In this document: piece after piece, positions 1 to 11,959 of the stretch | How the letters are laid out: every line of letters begins with the position of its first letter | Position numbering within the stretch: position 1 is the first letter of the stretch | Assembly (NCBI RefSeq): GCF_002113885.1 | Contig: NW_018480077.1 | Span: 1,153,930 to 1,217,929, forward strand | Reading direction: 5' to 3' | Origin: Mizuhopecten yessoensis | Taxonomy: Eukaryota | Length of the DNA: 64,000 nucleotides | Position numbers and translations under genes: made by a program | The notes under the pieces: model-generated | Told to the model about the DNA's origin: nothing | Database searches by the model: none | What the model saw: only the letters and a program-made list of their open reading frames with translations

Positions 1-1537
1 TTAGGCCTAGTCAGATTGCAAATTGACGCTTACAAGTCTTGATATGATTGAAGAGTGCATTGTCACAAATTCCCTGGCCTTTGAGACTTGTCAAGATGTA
101 TTTTCACATAAAAAATACATGTATATAGTTAGCCTTCATCATCGCGCTATAGGTATAAATGAATTATGAATGATACATGTTAATTATTTGCTAATGGATG
201 GAGGCATTTCGTCCTATAGATGTACAAGGGTATATCATATTAAATGTTGAACTTTTAAATATAACATTGTAGAAAGTGCGATACATACTTGAATGTGAAT
301 AACATCAGTAAAATGTACAATACTTATACATTGTGTAAGAAATACTTTCATCAATAAATTCCAACGGACTACCATTCGATAATACTGTAATGTGGATTCT
401 ATTGAAAAAGGTCATCGCTCTCGGATGAAGAAAACAGAATTTTATATTTGCACTTTATCGGCGCCCTGATATGATCGATTACTTCCCGAACATATGAAAA
501 CAGCATCGATAAATCCCCTCCCCCTATCCCAGTGTTTATGACACTAAACTATGTTTACACTAAATACATTATAACTTAACCTTTGAGTTCAATACAAGTT
601 TTTTTTTATAATTGTTAACCATACAATAGTAGTTTAGGAAGTGATAATATGCAAAACAACCCAATGCGATGACCTCCATTTGTGGCCTTGATCCTATGTT
701 TTATACTACGCTACAAACCAATCAAGTGTCTGTAATTGGATAATAAAATATAAATACCAACTCAGAACAAAAGTTACTCTATGCAATTACACAGGATCAA
801 ACAGAATAAAGAGTTCCATTAACATTTATCGGTTTTAACATACATTGTATTATATTGTCTTTGAAAAATGACTTCCCGCTCTTTTTCTACGTTTTTTTTT
901 TTACTACTGGAAAGACACATTTTGGCATATATTTCGATGAAAAACTGTTATAAACTTTTATTTTGTAATTATCACAAATTGAAATGAAAGAAAAACGTTA
1001 CAAGGAAAAAGAAAGTTTTGAAACTAGTGTGAGCTCACAGTTCAAGCTCGTATTTTAGTCGAAAGAATGCAATCTATCGCGTTTTCTTCGCAGTCGATTA
1101 AACAAAATACTGGAAACATATATTCATTTACCTGTATTTTTACCTTTAAATATTTCCTTGTTGCAGAAGTGAAAATAAACGCCCTTTTAACTTTCAACAC
1201 GGAACCGTTTGGTGTTCACGTACAGAAAACGCATCAACTGTTTGAAAGGGAAATTTGAGTAATATTTTCCCTTTAAAAGTAATCTCCAGAATATATCTAC
1301 ACATTTCATAATAACAATATAATCATAATAAATAATAATTCTCAGAGATAATGGAAATCACTGGAAACGTCAAGATATCTTTAGTGTTTTCAAAAGGTAG
1401 GGGTCAGAAAGTAGAAAAACAACATCAACAGCAATACATAGCATTGTTGTTTCATAAATTTGAAATCGAGTTTTAAACATTTAAACACATTTAGTGCTTA
1501 ACTTTGACTAGAACCACATCGGTGGAACAGATGATGA

Positions 1538-1809
1538 CATATATGTCCATACGCTTCCTTAGAGTATTAACGCATGCTTTAAGAAGCTATTATTGAATGG
1601 ACTTTGGTACACAATCCAAATGTAATATTTTATTTTCCTATAATGAACATGTCAAAGCGAGGTGCCATTGAAACATATATGTCCATACGCTTCCTTAGAG
1701 TATTAACGCATGCTTTAAGAAGATATTATTGAATGGACTTTGGTACATAACCCAAATGTAATATTTTATTTTCCTATAACGAACATGTCAAAGCGAGGTG
1801 CCATTGAAA
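1538..1809. repeat. Tandem duplication, 2 x 136 bp
   Basis: CATATATGTCCATACGCTTCC...GGTGCCATTGAAA at 1538 and 1674, with few substitutions. Confidence 0.9.
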
Positions 1810-3710
1810 GGTAAGCAGTAAATTCCCCATATCAATTGTTTATTTTTTCGCTAATAGATTATGGGTATACATTTCACTTAATTGGTTTGCTAAGAAAGTA
1901 TCAACCGCTCCCTCCTTACCAACCATTTCATAAATAATATAATAAATTCTTTCGTTTTTCTCTCCTCTTTTGGACTGCACCTGTTGGGATGTAATCTTCA
2001 ACAAACCAGTAATTTGTCCATTTTTCGTAACTTAATATGGTGGCATGGGTTTTATATTGTAATTTAGTCTCAGAAGTGAGAAAAGTGTGGGAGAGTTACA
2101 AACACCATTTGGTAATGCATGGTAAACTAGACCACAAAAAAGAGATTCCTCTACAAAAGATTTTGGTGTTTTGATTTGTTTTGGTCCGTGTGTTATTAGG
2201 TGTGTTCTTTTCTTGGCCGTTATTCTGCTAAAGTAACTTTCATACAGAATATTAAGGCATGGTAAACTCGGTTTTTTCTTCCATGTACGTAATCCCCACT
2301 ACAGCGTATACTTTTTAACGAAAACCCTTCGAGGTGAGTTGTATTTTTGTTTTTGTTAACAGCGAAAATCTCCCAAATCTTCATCAGACCAAAATATACT
2401 ATATTTGATCTAGCTAAGTATAAAAAAGGTATTAAATTACAGATTTTGTCTGAATAGTTGCAAGGTTAGTCCTGATCATTGCAATATTTGTAGTAATGAT
2501 AATAATTAAGAAACCAAGAGAATGCAATGGTGCAGGATTTGTCTTAAGCATTGCATGGTTTGGTTTAAACCTTGTTTTATTCATATCTTTTATAAAAATA
2601 CATTGAAATACAAAATGTACAAAACATTATATGAAAAAGAAAAGGAAACACAAACAAGTGTCATGACTGCTTCATAATCAATAATATCAACACAAGCTTC
2701 GGTGATCTTTTTCTGTGATAATTATAACTGCTTTTTATTAATATATGTAATTATCTCCCTTTACTTGTAATATAATATGTTATTGTTATTTTACATATGT
2801 TTGTCGCAATAATAGCTCTCAAGAGATAATGTTCATTGTTTATCTGTATGCGACGTTAACTAAAGTGCCTTATACACGTATCTAGTATCTTGTATTCGGT
2901 AATTATGAAGTATTATAAACAACAGAACAAATGCGGGAATAGGGAAGTGGGTAATGGCACTGGATACAAGGAATGAAAGATATATCAGTATACATGTGAT
3001 CATCAGATGTTAATACCATATTGCTGTAACGCAATGAGTACGTATAAAACGATATATAATATATATATATGTTATACTCTATTGAATTTTCAGAAATGCT
3101 GAAAATGGACACTAGACGACTGTTAGAAATGTATATATGTGTATTGTATGATTTCCCCCTTATTATTATAAAAGATGCAAAACAACACATATAAATTGAC
3201 ATTTGCATTTTAAAAAAGCATATCAATTACGTAAACAACTGAAAATGTTGGCTCATGTCAGAATGCCATTGTACAGACTCCAACCATAATTTGTAATAAT
3301 GGTTAAATTGCTCACCAGATATACGGCAGTATTATATATAAATAAAATGTTCTATTGGGTGTAGATCCTCTATGCGCAAACTAGCAAGAAACTATTTCCA
3401 TCACTAAGTAGTAATACATACATCTTACTCTATGTAGTAGAGCTATTGTTCATGTTTAATTTATTGTTCATGTTTCTGGAACGCTAAGCCTCGCCCGGGC
3501 CATTTTTGTTTATCGCAAAGTAAAATAACTTAATTGAATCGCAAAAAGACAGCATCCCTTGATAAAACGACACGGTTATTGTTTTTTACATTCCATATCT
3601 TAACACACATACATCTCAAATATCTAACCAGAGTTGTCGTTCCTTACACTCACTGATCGAGATTGATACAACGTTAGCTCTGCATTGGCCCACATTATAG
3701 TCCGCACTCG

Positions 3711-3720
3711 GGGGATCCCC
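3711..3720. promoter_or_regulatory. Palindromic NF-kB-type site upstream of the TRIM-like gene
   Basis: GGGGATCCCC fits GGGRNNYYCC and lies ~415 bp before the ATG; ETS-like ACTTCCGG at 4021. Confidence 0.4.
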
Positions 3721-4135
3721 TGGCCTACCGAGGTCGGTTTATAGTTACAAAAGCGTGACAGATGTAGACACGCATACATTGTTTATGCAAACATTCTCAT
3801 AGTGCACTATACAATTCAATACATTATACAGATAGAATAATGAAATGGAATGTATATAATGATATCTTATTATAAAATGGTATTTTCTTCTATCAAATGG
3901 ACTGTTTTGGCCGAACCCCTAAATCCTCAAGAATGGTCTTCACTTCTTTCTAATACGAATTGTTGCACCCTAGTTTAACATGTTTACAATCGAGATGTCG
4001 CTAGTGTATTAAATTATTTTACTTCCGGCACGTCCAAGGTAACAACATAGCGGCCATGACGGCTGTATTCACCTTTCTAGTGCGTTAATTATGTAGCTGT
4101 GGAATAGACATATGATTTGCTAGTCGGTCTACGTG

Positions 4136-5629
4136 ATGGCGTGCACAGATCCCACAGGTCAGATTCCCGTCAGGATTAAGGGGAGTACCAAATGTTTACA
4201 TCACAAGCAAAAAGATGTCATCTATTTCTGTGCGACTTGTAAATCTCTGGTCTGTTCAAAATGTGGTATTTCCGAGAATCACTGCAAGCAGCATGACCTG
4301 CGCGATATTTCGGATGTTGCCGCAGACAAGACAGAGGAGGTAAGAACATTTATTGACAAAGTGGAAAAACAAGAACTGCCAAAATTGAAACTAGAAATAC
4401 AAAAAATTGATAGGAAAGTGAAAGAGAACAGCGAAATATTTATAGAAACATCCAAGAAAGTAAAAGCTCAAGCGAACAAGTGTAAAGAGGAAATAGATGT
4501 ACTAACAGTCGCATTTCTCTCCCTTTGCAACAAGATTGAGTTTGCCAACGAAAAACTGCTTCGGGATTATCAGACAGAGTTACAACTCATACACGACAAT
4601 CTTGTGGACGAGACAAAGGCATGTAAGCAGTCCCTACAAAACGGCACCGAAGTTGAGGTTTTTGACGCTGCCGACAACTTGCCAGATTTCGAGAAGCAAA
4701 CAATACCAGAACTTCCGGTAATGGAGACAGCCGAGCTCTATCCACAGGAAATTGTGAGTGGTCTGCTGAAACAAGCGTTGGGCTTACGTAAAACATTGTA
4801 CAAACTAATGGAAGAACCATTCATACTAACAAAGTTCACATTTCCAGACCAAGCAACGGCGATATTTCCAACAGAACGTGAGCAGGCGTGGATACGAAGC
4901 GGGAACAGTGTTGCTCTGGTGGACTTCAACGGGAACACGGTACGAGACCTTCGAAACTCTGTTGTAATGGGAAACATGAGCATCGCTCCCAAAACCGGTC
5001 ATGTTTGGTTCGCAGGTTTGGAGGAAAACACCATCAACGAGTTTTCTCCAAAGTCATCGGAGTCGGCCATCACAAAGTTTACAATAAAAGACAAACCTCG
5101 ACGACTGTGTATTACTCGGAACAATCGCGTACTCGTCGGGACAGAGGACAAACTATCGCTGTACACAACATCGGGGGTTGTTTTACGTACTTCGGTGAAC
5201 ACAGCATCAGCTATTGTCATTAGACCATGGAAGATAGTGGAGTGTCCAGTCACTGGGAACATCGCTGTTGGCAACGAAGAAATCGTGAACTGGGATGAAG
5301 ACATTTTGAACAGTCACGTGATTGTGTTTGACGAGGACCTCACTACTCAATTTGTCTACAGAGGGGAAGACACTGCGGGGTCTAGTGGAACTACTTTCGC
5401 ACCTGGATCTATCGTGTATGACTACATGGGCAATTTGCTCATAGCTGACTACAGCAGAAACACCATAGAACTGATCAGTGGCACAGGAAAGTACATCAGA
5501 AGAATACACACGGCGGAGGAATACTGGCAGGGAAATCTAGGTATGCAGCCGGGCGACGTATTGTGGACGTTACAGATCTCCGACAGTAACACAGACGAGA
5601 TACTGCGGATCAAGTATTATACCAACTGA
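4136..5629 (+). CDS. RING-less TRIM-like protein: B-box2 zinc finger + coiled coil + NHL/6-bladed beta-propeller (TRIM2/3/71-like architecture), CDS uninterrupted
   Basis: 497-aa ORF from ATG 4136 (the track starts at GTG 4133). B-box CLHH...FCATCKSLVCSKC...HCKQH; heptad-rich helical segment; C-terminal NHL-like blades (PRRLCITRNNRVLVG, CPVTGNIAVG, FAPGSIVYDYMGNLLIADYSRNTIELISGTGKYIR). No RING. Confidence 0.9.
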   Translation: MACTDPTGQIPVRIKGSTKCLHHKQKDVIYFCATCKSLVCSKCGISENHCKQHDLRDISDVAADKTEEVRTFIDKVEKQELPKLKLEIQKIDRKVKENSEIFIETSKKVKAQANKCKEEIDVLTVAFLSLCNKIEFANEKLLRDYQTELQLIHDNLVDETKACKQSLQNGTEVEVFDAADNLPDFEKQTIPELPVMETAELYPQEIVSGLLKQALGLRKTLYKLMEEPFILTKFTFPDQATAIFPTEREQAWIRSGNSVALVDFNGNTVRDLRNSVVMGNMSIAPKTGHVWFAGLEENTINEFSPKSSESAITKFTIKDKPRRLCITRNNRVLVGTEDKLSLYTTSGVVLRTSVNTASAIVIRPWKIVECPVTGNIAVGNEEIVNWDEDILNSHVIVFDEDLTTQFVYRGEDTAGSSGTTFAPGSIVYDYMGNLLIADYSRNTIELISGTGKYIRRIHTAEEYWQGNLGMQPGDVLWTLQISDSNTDEILRIKYYTN

Positions 5630-6808
5630 ACTCTAAAATATTTAAATCTGATAGTGTTAACCCAAAAGACAGCAAAATAGCAAAACTACATATGATATAC
5701 ATTCTCTATGCTGCTAAATAACTACTTCTATTAAAACAACTTCTGAGGTTTATGATGAATTGGTTTCCATAACACTGTTATAGTGATTTTCAAAAGAATC
5801 AAAATAATGAGAGAAAAAAACCCGGTGCTTTGGAAGAACCAGGTAACCATGTTTAAATGTTAAATTTTATACTAGTATGAACAAAATATGAACTCTTCCT
5901 TTGCAAGTCTCTTTATAAACACCGCCAGAAGAAATTCCACATGTGTCTGTGTAAGCATTTGGATCAGTGTCATTGTTTCCTCTTGCCACAAATAACGTAA
6001 AACTATTGAATTATTTAAACATACACATGATATAAGGCTGTTCTAGGAATGTCGTTTGCACTGACGATACATGCACGCAAATACTGTAAATATTAAGTAA
6101 TACCTTTATTTTAATCGCTTGCACCTTAGAATGTAAATATACATCGTATTGAACGGAGATTTGTTGATGTTAGTGCCTGTATACAAAACAGTTCAGTCCC
6201 ATTTTACTGATGTCATTATCATGTTAAGGTATCAATCATCTACAACAATGTTTCAAACAATTTGTTCACAGAAATGAAAACAAATGTGAATAGAAAATAT
6301 GTATTTGTATTTTCAATAGCATAACCTTTCAGTGGATCGCTTTTCTACGCTCTGCAATTATACCAACGGATTTCTGAAATAAAATAGTCCCAGCCTGAAA
6401 GCGATTTCCCTGTAACATAAACATATTTTATTTCAATTATTTTTCAATTGATATTGACTGTGCTCGAAAAGGTAAGCGTCTACTTGATTGACACTGGAAT
6501 AAAATCTACACTTAAGTGGAAAAGTCAGTACATGGTATGCGAAATTTGCGCAGCAATGGATCCCCTCTAGATCTTGAACACGAATTCGTCAGTACATTGA
6601 TGTGTATCCTATAATTTCGGTAACTTAACTAATCTTTAAATGCATATATTATTTATTAATTAACTACACGTTTTGTTGTTGTTTTTTTGTTGATGGAAGA
6701 GATCAATTACAGAAGATAAAGTTAATGACTTGAAGTATGCTGTACCTCAACCCAAGTAAGCCAGACATCTAGTTTCCACAATCTCTAAAGAGAAACATGC
6801 ATTTTAAC

Positions 6809-6812
<4 letters not shown>

Positions 6813-6842
<30 letters not shown>
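6813..6842. repeat. (TA)n microsatellite
   Basis: About 15 TA units. Confidence 0.9.
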
Positions 6843-6845
<3 letters not shown>

Positions 6846-7593
6846 TTGCATTTTTTTCGCAAATATAAATACAAGCTTGGCGAGGCGTCACGATACAGGA
6901 AATATATAATATTTATTGTTATCGCTCTAATCTTAAGTTATACAACTACTTGCATATATTCTGCATTTTGTTGATAAAGTCAGGTTTATTGCTTCAATAT
7001 AGTGTGTGCCTCAGCTGTTGTAAATATTGCACATTAGGATAGTGTAGTACAAAGTGTACATAATGTTACATTGTACCGGCTTCAAATTGGCCATGTGTGT
7101 GAGACAATGAAACAACCGAAATGAATAAAACTGTAGTAATAAAGGCGAAAAGATTGTCGGAGTGATAGCCCCATTACACACAGAAAAGAATGTAGAACAG
7201 TGTAGGGGTAATCTTCATTTTGGCTTTTAAATGTTTCTGAGCACACCAGACGATTAGAGTTATTTAGTGTCGAGATTGTGAACGTGAATACATATCAGTA
7301 TATTGTGTACGTGTTTATAAATATAGATAGGTGTCGAGGTTATCTTATGTAAACGATCTCACAATCTCTGTCGTTTGATATTTAAAGCTACGGTAGGCAT
7401 TACCTCGACAAGGATGTAACACGGTGGGTAGTGTACTCACGCCGTAATTTTATTACGAGACAAAAATATCGATCGCCACATTTGACGTTGTGCTGAGGTA
7501 GTAGTCTGTATGAATGAAAGTTGTAAATGTGACTGCTGCACTGTGTGTATGTGTGTGTCAAGCTGCTTGTGATAATCGATTTGTGCAAGGAAC

Positions 7594-8460
7594 ATGTCGG
7601 AAACACGGAATCGTTTTGAACTTCTGGACAAACCAACTGTGATTTCACAGTTTAAGTACTCAAATAACATCACGTCAATCCATCCTACAGAAGATGGACA
7701 CGCCTGGATATCGGACAGCCAGTCCAAGACAATCGTTCTTGTGGATAACAAAGGCACCGTGAAACGGAGGGTGAGTCATCGAAACAGTGTAGCGGACATT
7801 AGTATAGCACTCCATACAAACCATCTCTGGTTCTGTTGTTTGAATGATAAAACGGTTTACGAAGTGCCTACTACATCAGATGAGCCTTTCAAACGGTTCA
7901 AGACTGACGATGAACCTTTTTATCTGTGTGTCACAAAGGAAGGGAATATCGTTGTAGGTTCAGAGTTCAAGGTTACGATTTATGATGAGAATGGCGTGGT
8001 GCTTCATCAGACAACGCGTGACGTCTCGGGGATCGTTTCACCTGCATCTATTGCCCAGTGTCCAGTGACAGGGAACATAGCCGTCGTGAATGGAGAGCCC
8101 ACTGGGAGTGATACGGATAGCATTAACAGCTGGAGAAGTCACATTATAGTGTTTGATAAAACTCTTGGTGTTATGTTTCAATACAGGGGAGAAGGAATAA
8201 AAGACCAGGAGCCCACAGCGACAGATTTATTTGGTCCTAATTCAATTTCTTATGACTCTTTTGGGAACTTGGCAATTGCTGATTATAAGACCTATACAGT
8301 GGAATTAATCAGTGGAACAGGACAGTTCATCCGCACATTAAACAGAAACAGTCGCGAGCAGGGATCCATCGGTATAGGCACTGGGAACGTGTTGTGGACA
8401 GAGCTTGAGTCGGACTCTGGAGACTGGATTATACAACTTATGGAGTATTACAAGGACTAA
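7594..8460 (+). CDS. Stand-alone NHL/beta-propeller protein, paralogue of the C-terminal domain of 4136-5629
   Basis: 288-aa open ORF colinear with the upstream protein from about residue 220 (HAWI/QAWI, HLWF/HVWF, CPVTGNIAV in both, SHIIVFD/SHVIVFD, GNLAIADY..TVELISGTG, VLWT). AATAAA at ~8683. No B-box or coiled coil found upstream. Confidence 0.82.
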   Translation: MSETRNRFELLDKPTVISQFKYSNNITSIHPTEDGHAWISDSQSKTIVLVDNKGTVKRRVSHRNSVADISIALHTNHLWFCCLNDKTVYEVPTTSDEPFKRFKTDDEPFYLCVTKEGNIVVGSEFKVTIYDENGVVLHQTTRDVSGIVSPASIAQCPVTGNIAVVNGEPTGSDTDSINSWRSHIIVFDKTLGVMFQYRGEGIKDQEPTATDLFGPNSISYDSFGNLAIADYKTYTVELISGTGQFIRTLNRNSREQGSIGIGTGNVLWTELESDSGDWIIQLMEYYKD

Positions 8461-11400
8461 TCTGTCAACCAGATCCAATGCGTATAACTTGATTGAACAA
8501 TATCACTTGCATTAAAAATTCAGTTTAAAATAGTGCACATTTCAGACTGGTCCGAAAATGTTGGACTTGACTTTCCTAGACTTTCCTAGCATTTGTTCCA
8601 AATACAATGTAAATTATGTTTAATATTTAAAGTATTTGATGTAAAATATTTGCATTCGTTCATAAGCTTGCTTTGTAAGGGTAATAAAGAAAGAGTATAA
8701 ATGGTATTTGAGTTTTGTTATTTATTGTCTAATCAAGGGTTCTTCCTGCCTGGAAAACTGATGTTATTTGTTTGTTCTACTTTAAATACCTGCTAGTCCA
8801 GAGTTTGTTACCTAATCAATAGATATATATATATATTGCATGAAGAAAGCATGGTATACGTTTGTTTTACTTAAAACACGTGTCCTGCATTTTATTCCAA
8901 TTGAAATAGCTTTTTGCATGGAGAATACATGGTATTATGTTGTTCCAGTTAAGATACAATTCTTGTGTTTTGTTTTTCGATTAATGTTCTTTTTGCATTA
9001 AGAATAAACGTTATTTGTTCTAATTCAGTTACAGTCATATTTTGTTATATAAAAAAGAATACAGTTCATACGTCGTTCATAAGCAAGAAATAATATCAGG
9101 AAAATAGGAGACAGTGACGTACGAAATACAAATATGTTCATTGCTTAAATGTTAACTGCATGAAATTACCTGTATTCAGTATCTGTTCACCAGACAAAGT
9201 TGGGTTTTATTGTTGCCAGAAATTGTGCTCTAACAGTTTGTAAAGCCTTTGAAACAACAGATACCTGTTTACAATGCTTCTTTATATATTTGCGTGTTTT
9301 TTAATACACTATATGTGTCTTAGTTTAGAAACCTTCCCTTTATGGAAACGTAGCTATGCTTTGTATTATTGAGTAATATGATGCATATAGAAGTACATGT
9401 TTCAGTCTATGCCATCTTGGTTAAGGATAATATAAAACGAATTTTGAATCGAAACTAAACACAATTAATAAATTAAACAGCTTTAAAAACATAGAATCTT
9501 CATTTTCTCTTTGCAGAGGTGTCTGAATAGTTCGCTAGGTCATTACTTATACAATGTCGAATATGATACATGCATATCAAAAGACCGAAATGAAAGTCTT
9601 TAACTATTTTCCCTTTTGCTACATAAGACCTCAGATCCTACTAGACATTATTACATAACATTTAGTTACAAGTATACCCCTATACAATCCTGTACCCCTC
9701 CACCAATCGCCTTGTCCAACATATGCTTTCCATAAAATTAGGTTAAAATCCTGTCAAAGGTACTTAAAAGTAGTCTTTTAAACATTTACACATGTTGAAC
9801 CAAGCTCCTCTGCCTATAATGTTGCTTTATCCTGTGTAATACAACGTTGAGTCCCCTTGACCATGGATATTGTATACCAAATTAGGTTACCTTCCTTCCA
9901 TCCATACTATAGGAATAGTCTTTTAAATTTGTATCTGTACCTCCCCTATTGAGCCCAGCAGAACATCTGCTCCCTTTGGGTCACACAATTCATATATACA
10001 ACATTATTTTTATTAAGTCCCCTTTGGTCCAGGGATATTATTGCTTAATTGACACTAATACTTTCAACCATATTGAAAAATAAGTCCTTTATAGATTTAC
10101 TCCTAATTTGACTATATGGCTCTGCCACAAGGAATCTACTTTGTTTTGTTTTAAACACATTTCGTTCCCTAGGTCTAGGGATTCTTTTCACTGAAGAAGG
10201 TTAAAAACATTTCAGTAGTCTGTAAAATTTTACTACATCCCTCTATTCAACCCCGACCATATGCCTCCGGAGTGACACACCTTTTGTTTATTTTCATGAG
10301 TAAAAATAATAGAACATCCTATGTGTATTCACTCAATATACTTCTCCATGCACATACGTATTTGTACATAAACATACTATTATATTTGCAATAGACAGCA
10401 CAATACATGACATCATCATTCGATAATTTATTACATAAGTAATATAAAATGACCAACAGCCTGATGTACAGTCTATATCGTTCTTTATATCACTTTCAAC
10501 ATTAATGTAATTAAAATAGCAAATATAGCTGGACAATTTCTTTATACTTTCCCCATGAGAAATGCTTTGGTTTATAATTGCAAGAGTATCATATGAAAAT
10601 TATGACATAATCTGAAATGTTTAGTTTAATTATTTTTCTATCATTCATAAATTGTCTGACAATTTTTATTGAAAAATTATTTAACTTTTACTCCGGTTTT
10701 CTCAGCATAATCTTTGAATATGTTTCATTAAATTTAAAATTAAAAAAAGAAAAAGTGCATTTTTTATCAATAGATTTTAGTTTGAAATGAATTTGGTAGT
10801 TCATTAAAATTTGTTATAGGTACTGCCACCATTTATCCTGCAAAATTTTGGTGTTACAAAGGCGATAGGGTTTATATCGATGGCAACTTATATAGAAACA
10901 GTATGGAAAAGGAGACCCTGAAATATGTTCGTGCTAAGCAAGGTCGCAGAAGAAACTAGGAGTATGATATGAAAGTTTACTGTAATAGTAAGAGGAATAT
11001 AGCAAAAGCTAATTTTTAGATCAATTCTGGGGTTCAAATTGAATAGGTCAGACTGTACAAATGGGGTATAGTGATATTATTAGATAGACATGGTTAGGAC
11101 AATTCAATGATCTGAATGAAAATCACTTTTATAAACTGAAAACCTAGTTAGAAATTTCTCAAACATTAATTTTCTTACTAGCTACCTATTGTAAAAAAAA
11201 ATAATCAAGATGAGTGTTCAAATTTAAATGTAACCATGAAACGTAATTTAAAAATTGTTTGCAAAATCTTGAGTCTGTAACATGAGGAATTGAATATTTT
11301 GCTAATAACTATGTGAATGTTGAAGCAAAGGAAGGACGATCTATCAGGATATATAGGTAACCAATACACAAGCCTAGAAACAATTACACAGAAAACTTAA

Positions 11401-11716
11401 CAAGAATTCTCACAAGACAGCAACTTCTGAAAAGTGAGTTTTAAGAGTGTTGAACCCTTTGTACATAGACGTTATGATTTTTAAAGTGATTTAATTTTTT
11501 GCCAATACCAGGGCAAGAATAAAATTACCTCACTATCATGAATTATGGGAAATGAGTATGTAATGGTATGTAATGTATCAACTGGCAAATAGTCAGGTAA
11601 ACAAACAAACATGATCAACAGGTGATTCAAAATGTATCATGCCTGGTCTTTCACTTTCCAATTATTTAAAGCATGATTTACTTACCGTTACTGGCAAATT
11701 AAGCCATTTTTTTATG

Positions 11717-11959
11717 ACAATATCACTTGCGTTAAAAATTCAGTTTAAAATAATGCACATTTCAGACTAGTCCGAAAATGTTGGACTTGACTTTCCTAGC
11801 ATTGTATTTGTTCCAAATACAATGTAATTTATATTTAATATTTAAAGTATTTGATGTAAAATACTTGCATTCGTTCATAAGCTTGCTTTGTAACGGTAAT
11901 AAAGAGAGAGTATAAATGATATTTGAGTTTTGTTATTTATTGTCGAATCAAGGGTTCTT
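11717..11959 (+). repeat. Dispersed copy of 8497-8744 (3' flank of the propeller gene) flanked by ~55-60-bp direct repeats
   Basis: Near-identical to 8497-8744. ACTTTCCAATTATTTAAAGCATGATTTACTTACCGTTACTGGCAAATT occurs on both sides (11653-11700 and 11962-12009). Confidence 0.88.

Noticed and set aside
4536-5509. Overlapping alternative-frame and antisense ORFs within the TRIM-like CDS (also 7400-7757)
   Set aside because: They are shadows of a real coding region and show no recognisable motifs.
9690-10270. Degenerate ~150-bp repeats resembling a HINE internal satellite
   Set aside because: Too decayed to define boundaries or family by eye.
11649-11658. ISRE-like TTTCACTTTC motifs (also ~15739)
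   Set aside because: Expected by chance in AT-rich DNA and not near a supported TSS.
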